From Alphaproteobacteria bacterium (lineage in GTDB: Bacteria; Pseudomonadota; Alphaproteobacteria; Rhodobacterales; Rhodobacteraceae), in assembly GCA_024279075.1 (NCBI GenBank), contig JAJRRX010000126.1, positions 1 through 30,919 on the forward strand: a DNA stretch of 30,919 bases. Direction: 5' to 3'. The position numbers and the translations under genes are program-made. Shown piece after piece: positions 25,151 to 30,919 of the stretch. The notes under the pieces were generated by a model. The model saw only the letters and a list, made by a program, of their open reading frames with translations. It did not search any database and was not told the DNA's origin. Position 1 is the first letter of the stretch. Every line of letters begins with the position of its first letter.

Positions 25151-26298
25151 GCTGCACCTGCGCTTTCCTGTTGGTTTTTGATCATCATCAGGGCATCGTT
25201 TAGGTCTTTGCCCCCATGGGTGTTTTTCCAAATGCTCACCTCGCGGCCTTGCTTCAAAAAATGAGTTTGCGCCTGGTCAATCAGCCGCAGCTGCTCTTTG
25301 CCGTCATCATTATCGGCCACAATGGTGACGCGGGTAATGGCGGCAGGTAGCTGCACCTCTTTGAGATTGCCAAGCGAAATGGCACAAAGCACGCGCGCGT
25401 GGGGGTGGATCACCGCCACGCTCAGCGCGTCCTCGATGCCCTCGGTAATGTAAACATGGTCACCAGCTGGCGCTTTGCTCAGGGGCGCGGCTTTGCCGCC
25501 GCGCGGGCCGGTGCCGGTCCAAAGGCGGATATAGCCGCCCTGCATCGAGCCAAACACTTTTTTAGGGCTGGGCACAGGGGCCTTGCCCCAGTTTCCGGCA
25601 TCATCTTGTGCAAGATACGTGCGGTGAACGCCCCAAAATTCCGGCGCGCTGCCATCCTCATGCGCAGGGCCATAAATGGCGGCGATCATGGCGGGGTAGG
25701 GGGTTTCGCTATATTCGCCGGTTTCGGGGTCCGTATGGAAATAGGTGCAATGGGGCATGTAGCGCAAAGAGCCAGGGGCGCGGCCGAGCACATCGAGGCC
25801 GATGGCGCGGTTGGCGAGGTAGGCCGCCACAGGCGTGCCTGTCAGATCCTCTTGCGCCTGTATGAACATCGCATGCGCGCGACCGCGCTTTTGCTTGGTC
25901 AGGGCCTCGGCATCCTGCGCGGCGCGGGCGCGGCGGGCCTTGGCTTCGGCTTGCTTGCGCAGGCGCAGGGCCTTTTGCTCGGGGGTTTCGGTATCCATGC
26001 CCAAAAACTGGCGGGCCTCGGTAAGCGCGGTGCGGGCATCGCAGCCAAGCGCATAACGGATCAGGTCCAGCATGTCGCCATCTTCACCGCTGGCATGGTC
26101 ATGGTAGCGTCCGGCATAGGCGCCGGTCAGGTTTACATAAAACGAGCCAACGGCGCGGTCGGTGCGCCAGGGGTTCAGCGCCCAGTATTTGCCCTTGTCC
26201 ACCCGCCCGCCTGGCGCATAGCGCTCGGCCACCTCGAGGGTGCGGGCCTTTAGGGCCTCGGCAATCTCCTGAATGGTGGGCAGGGCGGGGCGGCTCAT
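25147..26298 (-). CDS. Toprim DNA primase (383 aa)
   Basis: Toprim motifs YITEGIEDALS, IVADND and GKDLND. N-terminal degenerate DnaG zinc-finger-like region (SFYV...GDMLDLI). Confidence 0.9.
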   Translation of the reverse strand: MSRPALPTIQEIAEALKARTLEVAERYAPGGRVDKGKYWALNPWRTDRAVGSFYVNLTGAYAGRYHDHASGEDGDMLDLIRYALGCDARTALTEARQFLGMDTETPEQKALRLRKQAEAKARRARAAQDAEALTKQKRGRAHAMFIQAQEDLTGTPVAAYLANRAIGLDVLGRAPGSLRYMPHCTYFHTDPETGEYSETPYPAMIAAIYGPAHEDGSAPEFWGVHRTYLAQDDAGNWGKAPVPSPKKVFGSMQGGYIRLWTGTGPRGGKAAPLSKAPAGDHVYITEGIEDALSVAVIHPHARVLCAISLGNLKEVQLPAAITRVTIVADNDDGKEQLRLIDQAQTHFLKQGREVSIWKNTHGGKDLNDALMMIKNQQESAGAA

Positions 26299-26301
26299 GG
26301 C

Positions 26302-27366
26302 TTAGGCCGCCTTGCGGGCAAGCTGGGCATGGGCGGCAAGGGTCTGCTTGAGCTTGGTCTGGCGCTCGGTGAACGGGCCTGCGGGCATCGCCTCGATCAG
26401 GGCGTTATAGCGCGCCACGCAATCCGGCTTGGTGCGCTCCAGAATGATTGACACATCGAGCATAGGCAGGCCCCGGTGATGCTCGCTCACAAGATCAAGG
26501 TCATCCTCGATCGGCCAGTTTTCATCAGGGCAGGGGCGGGGCAAAATGCCCTTGCCGCCCTCGGCCTTTGAGGCAGTTGTGGGGGCGGCGGAAACGGGGC
26601 CAACCACCTTTGAGGCGGGCGTGACTGCCGGTTTTTCCTGAGCATCCCGCAGATTATAAAACTTTTGCGTCACACCCTTAACAGGCCGGTTCAACTTCAG
26701 CGCAATCACCTTAAACGGCACGGCTTCTGCGCGCATCTCCAGCAAGCGCTTTTCTTCGTCCAGTGTCCACGGGCCTTGCTCATAGATAGGCGTGGCTGGG
26801 ATTTTGCTCTCTGGCTCCATCTCCGCCTTTATCCGCTCGATGCGCGCCGCGCAGTTCTTGGTCAGCCAGAACATTTTCGAGGCGCAGGTGCGCTCTTTGC
26901 GGCCCAGCAGCTCGGTCAGCGCCTTGAACGGCTTACCTTGCAACCGCCCCTTGATCAGCACGTCCTCTTCATCTTTGGTCCAGCGCACGCCATGGCTGGA
27001 ATGGTCTTCGAGCCTTTCCTCTACCGCCTCCGGCGCTTCGGTCTGCTCCGGCACCGGCGCAGGGCTAAAGGCCGCTTGCGGGGCTATCGCGGTGCGCGGC
27101 TGCGGTGCAGGGCTTTCTGGCTCTGTCTCTATGTCCGCCAGCACGTCCTTCATGTCGCGCTCTGCCATGCTTTTCAAAAATTCTGGTGTTCGTATTTCAA
27201 TCGTTGGCCTGCCTTCGATCTCGATGCGATCTTCCGGCACGCATCCGTGTATCTCCACCGCGTCCAGCACTATGCGCAAAACGCCGAAGTTAAACTCAAC
27301 CGGCAGGTTGAGGCCTTCGATGTCGTTCATAATGGCGTCAATGTCTGTTCCCGAAAATCGCTTCAT
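26302..27366 (-). CDS. Protein with three Myb/SANT/GcrA-like HTH repeats (354 aa)
   Basis: WTKDEED.L...G....L...LGR; WTLDEEK.L......IA.KLNR; WPIEDD..L.......+...LERT. Start refined to MKRFSG (ATGA overlap). Confidence 0.8.
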   Translation of the reverse strand: MKRFSGTDIDAIMNDIEGLNLPVEFNFGVLRIVLDAVEIHGCVPEDRIEIEGRPTIEIRTPEFLKSMAERDMKDVLADIETEPESPAPQPRTAIAPQAAFSPAPVPEQTEAPEAVEERLEDHSSHGVRWTKDEEDVLIKGRLQGKPFKALTELLGRKERTCASKMFWLTKNCAARIERIKAEMEPESKIPATPIYEQGPWTLDEEKRLLEMRAEAVPFKVIALKLNRPVKGVTQKFYNLRDAQEKPAVTPASKVVGPVSAAPTTASKAEGGKGILPRPCPDENWPIEDDLDLVSEHHRGLPMLDVSIILERTKPDCVARYNALIEAMPAGPFTERQTKLKQTLAAHAQLARKAA

Positions 27367-27695
27367 GGTTTTTTCCCTTGGCTTTGCTGCCACGCGCCCA
27401 TTGAAAGCGCGTGTTTCCAGCGGTGGATTTTTTCCAGGCTGGCAGCCAGGTGAAACTGGGCCGCTGTCAGGCCCGCGCTGCCCCGCTTGGGGTGGTAATG
27501 CGCCACCAGCTCGTCAACGGCAGTGGCAAGGTCATCAATCAATCGGTTTTCGCGGGTCACCTCTGGCAGCACGTCCTTGAAGGTGGCGAGCGCATCCTGC
27601 ATGGCCGAGTGGTTGCGCACCCGCGCCACCGCGATCTCGGTCGCGGCATTAATCAGGCAATGGTCCGCAAGGCTGAACTTTTTGGGCTTATCCAT
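27363..27695 (-). CDS. Hypothetical early protein (110 aa)
   Basis: Start refined to MDKPKK (8-nt overlap ATGGATAA). Stop overlaps the next ATG. Confidence 0.7.
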   Translation of the reverse strand: MDKPKKFSLADHCLINAATEIAVARVRNHSAMQDALATFKDVLPEVTRENRLIDDLATAVDELVAHYHPKRGSAGLTAAQFHLAASLEKIHRWKHALSMGAWQQSQGKKP

Positions 27696-28029
27696 TGATA
27701 TCCGCCCTTTGCTGCCAGGCATACATATCCGGCCCTGCGGCCTCGGCCGCGTGCAGCGCCGCCTCGGTGGCAATGGCGCGGGCAAAGCGCGCGGGCCCAA
27801 TGTAGCTTTGCAAAAATGCGCCCAGCTGCTCACCAGCGGCCACCTGGTCGCGCTGGCACAGGTTGTTAAACACCAGCACCGCCGCGCACACCTCGTCATC
27901 CTCACGGAAAAACGCCAGCGCATCGGTGAGCAGGTTCAGCCGGTCACGCAAGCCAAGCTGCCCCGCCTTTGCGGCCATGCTCACCTTGGTTAGCCGCAGG
28001 CCAAATGCTATTTTCGGGTCAAATCCCAT
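27688..28029 (-). CDS. Hypothetical early protein (113 aa)
   Basis: Helical protein ending in a WQQRADI motif. Overlaps the downstream start. Confidence 0.72.
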   Translation of the reverse strand: MGFDPKIAFGLRLTKVSMAAKAGQLGLRDRLNLLTDALAFFREDDEVCAAVLVFNNLCQRDQVAAGEQLGAFLQSYIGPARFARAIATEAALHAAEAAGPDMYAWQQRADING

Positions 28030-28306
28030 AGCCGCCCCCGCGCGAAACGGGCAGAAACAACGCGGGGGCAGCTCTCAGCGCTACTACGCTGCGGCTCAAT
28101 CCGGCTAAAACAGCCGACACCGGAGAGGGGAATTCACGCAAGGCGCGGCGTGGGTGTCTGACGGGACTTAGCCGCCACGCCTTGCGATTTTCGGCGGCAC
28201 GCCTGCTCTGCGCCGAAAATGGGAATAAAAAGCCGCGCGGCGCTACTTGGGGCCGCGCGGAAGTCCAACAGGGAAGTTTAACAAAAATACTCGTTACAAA
28301 ACTCAT
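28019..28306 (-). CDS. 95-codon ORF after cro spanning a terminator and an SD-sequestering hairpin
   Basis: ATGA overlap with the cro stop. Ends 11 nt into the next gene. Confidence 0.4.
   Translation of the reverse strand: MSFVTSIFVKLPCWTSARPQVAPRGFLFPFSAQSRRAAENRKAWRLSPVRHPRRALREFPSPVSAVLAGLSRSVVALRAAPALFLPVSRGGGYGI
28224..28260 (-). terminator. tR1-like intrinsic terminator downstream of cro
   Basis: CCGCGCGGC/GCCGCGCGG 9-bp stem (28233-28241/28252-28260), followed on - by CTTTTTATT. Confidence 0.7.
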
Positions 28307-28590
28307 GCCGCCACCTGCACGCTGTCCGGCGCGGGCATCAGCGCGGCTATCTCGGCCTCGCTCCCGCCATAAATCAGGTGGTCCGCCGTCAGCGCAATGC
28401 GCCGCTGCGCAGCCGCCGCCAGCAAGGTGCGCATAATGCGCGGGCTGGGGATATCCCCTGCGTCACGCATTTTGGACCCGTTCTTCCACGCAATCGGCGT
28501 CTTTTCGTGCTGGCCAAGGATGGCCGCCACGCCCTTATAGCCGCCAAGCAGGCGGAAAGTGACATCGGTTGGTGTAAGGTGGCTACTCAT
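28303..28590 (-). CDS. Cro-like repressor (95 aa)
   Basis: LGGYKGVAAILG...T.IAW...G.IP HTH pattern. Divergent from cI. Confidence 0.85.
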   Translation of the reverse strand: MSSHLTPTDVTFRLLGGYKGVAAILGQHEKTPIAWKNGSKMRDAGDIPSPRIMRTLLAAAAQRRIALTADHLIYGGSEAEIAALMPAPDSVQVAA

Positions 28591-28653
28591 GCCCTAGGCT
28601 TAGATTAACAGGTGTGAGCCTGTCAATGGGGTTTGTTCAAAAAATGAACAAAC
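28571..28653. promoter_or_regulatory. cro/cI divergent promoter-operator region
   Basis: TTGACA on - at 28626-28621. Palindrome GTTTGTTCA-N5-TGAACAAAC at 28631-28653. 18-bp box GGTGTAAGGTGGCTACTC at 28571-28588. Confidence 0.75.
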
Positions 28654-28685
28654 AAATTCGAGAGCTGCGCATTATATCTCACAGT

Positions 28686-29306
28686 ATGAATATAGATTGG
28701 TTCAAGCGCAGGCAGCAAATTGCCAATGTCACCTCTTTTGATCTGGCCGAGGCGATCGGGCGGAACAGGGCGGTAATATCGCGCATCTATCACGGCAAGC
28801 AAAAGATGACGATGCAGCAAGCTGAAGCCTTTGCCAAGGTTCTGGACGTGCCGCTTTCCGAAGTGCTGCTCAATGCCGGCATTGCCAGCAAGGAAACGGT
28901 GCAGGAGCTTAACCCTGGCTTCGCTGAAAGCGACGTGGCGCAATGGGTGCCAAAGCCGGAAAGGGCAGAGGGGCCGGATATCGAGGCTATGGCCAAAGCC
29001 CTCGGCGGTGGCCGTAACGGGGTCGATATCTGGCGGGTTAAATCCCGCGCTATGGCCTTGGCGGGCTATCTGGAAGGCGATTATATGCTGGTGGACACCC
29101 ACCAGCGCGACACCTGCCAGTCAGGTGATGTGGTGCTGGCACAGGTCTATGATTTCAATGTCGGGGCCGCCACCACCATCTTTCGGCGCTTCCAAGCCCC
29201 TGTTTTGCTGGCCGCAAGTGCCGATCCGGCAGAGTGGGGCGTGCATGTGGTGGATCATAACGCGGTGGTAATCATGGGCAAGGTTGTGGGGAGCTGGCGG
29301 ATTTAG
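28686..29306 (+). CDS. CI-like repressor, HTH plus S24-type C-terminal domain (206 aa)
   Basis: N-terminal HTH (TSFDLAEAIGRNRAVISRIYHG) and LexA-like C-domain. No SD; TATATC lies 7 nt before the ATG, consistent with a leaderless mRNA. Confidence 0.92.
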   Translation: MNIDWFKRRQQIANVTSFDLAEAIGRNRAVISRIYHGKQKMTMQQAEAFAKVLDVPLSEVLLNAGIASKETVQELNPGFAESDVAQWVPKPERAEGPDIEAMAKALGGGRNGVDIWRVKSRAMALAGYLEGDYMLVDTHQRDTCQSGDVVLAQVYDFNVGAATTIFRRFQAPVLLAASADPAEWGVHVVDHNAVVIMGKVVGSWRI

Positions 29307-29572
29307 AGGTTTTTCAGCGCTGCCTGATAGGTTTCGCTGTAAACAGCCAAAAAGACCCGTTCCGGCACCCACACTTGCAAGCCAATATGAGCCCAGAACG
29401 CTATAAAAATGATGAATTCACTAGCGCTTTCATATCTAAAAAACAGGTAATCTATCAAATAGCCTGCGATGATGACCGCAATCAGAATTATCACCCGTGA
29501 TCTGTTCTGCCACTGGCCAGCAATTTCGCTGGCCATCTGTGATGCGCGGCGCCGTTTTTCAGCTTCATCCAT
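29303..29572 (-). CDS. Two-transmembrane-helix membrane protein (89 aa), superinfection-exclusion candidate
   Basis: Start refined to MDEAEK (SD GGGGAG). Two hydrophobic segments, 27% GC in 29401-29460. Stop overlaps the cI stop. Confidence 0.75.
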   Translation of the reverse strand: MDEAEKRRRASQMASEIAGQWQNRSRVIILIAVIIAGYLIDYLFFRYESASEFIIFIAFWAHIGLQVWVPERVFLAVYSETYQAALKNL

Positions 29573-29626
29573 CTTTGCTAGCTCCCCGTGATTTTGCACT
29601 TAGTCGGGCATTCTACCGATCAAATA

Positions 29627-29689
29627 TGAACACAAATATTTAAAAAATGAACAAAACCCCTTGACGGTGTGAGGTGGCTACTCTTATCT
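29627..29689 (+). promoter_or_regulatory. Second lytic promoter (PL-like) with operators
   Basis: TTGACG at 29661, then N17-18, then TTATCT/TATCTA. ATGAACA half-sites near 29626 and 29647. 18-bp box at 29666-29683. Confidence 0.7.
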
Positions 29690-29737
29690 AAAGGCTGCAA
29701 GGCGCGGCAATCGCGCGCAGTTCTGAAAGGGTAAATC

Positions 29738-30013
29738 ATGCCGAATGCACCAAAACTGGCCAATGCAGGGCCAATCACCGATGAACAGCTGGAAGCGCTG
29801 ATAGAGGTTGGCGAGGCCCATGCCGCAGGCCAGCCTGTCAGCAATCCCGAAGCGGTTTTCTACCTCGTCACCTCCCCCGCGCTCCTGCGCGAGCTGCTGC
29901 ACCGCCGCCACGCCCAAGCGGGGGTGGATTGGCTGAACCGCCCTTCCAACGTGGTGGAGCTGGCACAGGCTCGGCCCCAACTGCGCATGGTGCAGCCGGA
30001 GGGCGCAGCATGA
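29738..30013 (+). CDS. Hypothetical early protein (91 aa)
   Basis: First gene after the promoter (SD AAGGG). ATGA overlap with the next gene. Confidence 0.75.
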   Translation: MPNAPKLANAGPITDEQLEALIEVGEAHAAGQPVSNPEAVFYLVTSPALLRELLHRRHAQAGVDWLNRPSNVVELAQARPQLRMVQPEGAA

Positions 30014-30273
30014 CCGGGCGCAAGTTTGTAACCGCAGGCGAGATCGCGGGCATCATGGGCCTGCAATCCGCCGAGAGCTTTCTGGCGCGGCGGGCCAAGC
30101 TGGAGCCGCTGGGCTTCCCCAAGCCGGTAAGCTGGTGCCAACGGCCCATGCGCTGGCGGGCAGCGGCCGTGCATGAGTGGATCGAGGCCAGCGAAGCCAT
30201 CGAGGCCGCGCGTGGCTCTGAGGGCTTTGACGCCGAAAACGTGGTGATGATGCAGAAAGCGCAGGTGGCGTGA
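30010..30273 (+). CDS. Excisionase/AlpA-like winged-HTH protein (87 aa)
   Basis: FVTAGEIAGIMG...GFPKP...RWRAAAVHEWI pattern, upstream of the integrase. Confidence 0.8.
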   Translation: MTGRKFVTAGEIAGIMGLQSAESFLARRAKLEPLGFPKPVSWCQRPMRWRAAAVHEWIEASEAIEAARGSEGFDAENVVMMQKAQVA

Positions 30274-30617
30274 TGTGCGGAGCTAAAGCCAGAACCGATA
30301 TTTACAGCAGCGCCCGCACTTACAGCAGCGCCCCCGTTCTGATCACACTGGACAACCCACACAGCCCTATAACTGCGCCAGAGCAGTGGAACGATTATTT
30401 TGTTGAGCAAATGACGAAGGCCTTTACTCGCATCCTCGGGGTAGATGAAGAAGCGAAGGACCTTTCAGAAGAACAAAAGGTCACGGGGCTAACAATCGCC
30501 TCAGGCTTGCTCTCGATCATCATTCCACTGATAGATATGCTTGAGATCGACAACCTTTCAGGTGCGGATTTCATTCTGAATGTCGTTAGCAACTTGAAAG
30601 CCGACGGCTATGTCTAA
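30270..30617 (+). CDS. AT-richer hypothetical protein between xis and int (115 aa)
   Basis: Overlaps the xis stop (GTGA) and the int start (8 nt). Start codon uncertain. Confidence 0.6.
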   Translation: MMCGAKARTDIYSSARTYSSAPVLITLDNPHSPITAPEQWNDYFVEQMTKAFTRILGVDEEAKDLSEEQKVTGLTIASGLLSIIIPLIDMLEIDNLSGADFILNVVSNLKADGYV

Positions 30618-30919
30618 GCCCCGCAAGCCCATTGCCCGCCCACCGGCGCGCCTGCGCCAGCGCTGGCGGGCGCGCTCTGAAAGCTGGCGCATCTGGTGGG
30701 AGCCAAGCAATGATATGCGCGCCGTGGGCATGCAAACCACCGAACTTTCAGGCCTCACGCGCACCAAAGCGGTGCACAAAGCCGAGCAGATGAACGCCGA
30801 TGCGGCCAAGCGGCTGGGCCGCGCGCGCCCTGCACCTGCCCCGCAGCTCTCGGCCCGCAAGGGCACGGTCGCCGCCCTGATAGAAGCCTACATGAAATCC
30901 CCCGCATGGGATCAGCTCA
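30610..30919 (+). CDS. int: Tyrosine integrase, N-terminal fragment
   Basis: Not in the ORF track. MSKPRK...WRIWWEP...GTVAALIEAYMKSPAWDQL resembles an arm-binding domain plus the start of the core-binding domain. The catalytic domain is outside the window. Confidence 0.75.
   Translation, partial: MSKPRKPIARPPARLRQRWRARSESWRIWWEPSNDMRAVGMQTTELSGLTRTKAVHKAEQMNADAAKRLGRARPAPAPQLSARKGTVAALIEAYMKSPAWDQL

Larger units (their letters stand above)
1..30919. mobile_element. Temperate podovirus-like prophage (epsilon15/BPP-1-like head-tail module), truncated at both window edges
   Basis: Ordered integrase-xis-cI/cro-replication-terminase-portal-scaffold-capsid-tubular A/B-internal virion-tail fibre genes. 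No host housekeeping gene seen. Confidence 0.95.

Noticed and set aside
27366-27378. -1 frameshift at GGGAAAAAA fusing the 110-aa gene to the triple-HTH gene
   Set aside because: In frame it reads G_AAA_AAA, not a proper X_XXY_YYZ. No stimulatory structure was seen, and the ATGA overlap already explains the junction.
28631-28653. Alphaproteobacterial LexA box
   Set aside because: The site is GTTC-N7-GAAC (inverted), not the GTTC-N7-GTTC direct repeat. The GAAC copies at the other promoter are 21 bp apart.
1-30919. tRNA, rRNA, att site, lysis genes or DNA methyltransferase
   Set aside because: None was recognisable in this window. The att site and lysis genes probably lie outside it.

Overview
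The whole window is part of a temperate podovirus-type prophage (epsilon15/BPP-1-like morphogenesis module) in a GC-rich alphaproteobacterial-style genome. From right to left it contains an integrase N-terminus, a xis-like gene, a cI/cro immunity switch, and then one very long minus-strand arm. That arm carries early genes, a triple-HTH protein, Toprim primase, SF3-like helicase, an iteron-type origin, terS/terL, portal, scaffold, major capsid and decoration proteins, tail tubular A/B, three large ejection proteins, a tail fibre and further fibre-like genes running off the left edge. An AT-rich three-gene cassette with its own promoter and operator is inserted antisense between primase and helicase. 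The most unusual observation is that each cis-acting interruption in the cro-to-scaffold arm (a terminator, the antisense cassette, the origin and the terS-terL spacer) is crossed by an ORF that does not look protein-like but is tightly coupled to its neighbours. This leaves no untranslated gap above 12 nt over about 13.8 kb. All protein assignments come from motif recognition and synteny by eye; no database search was run.
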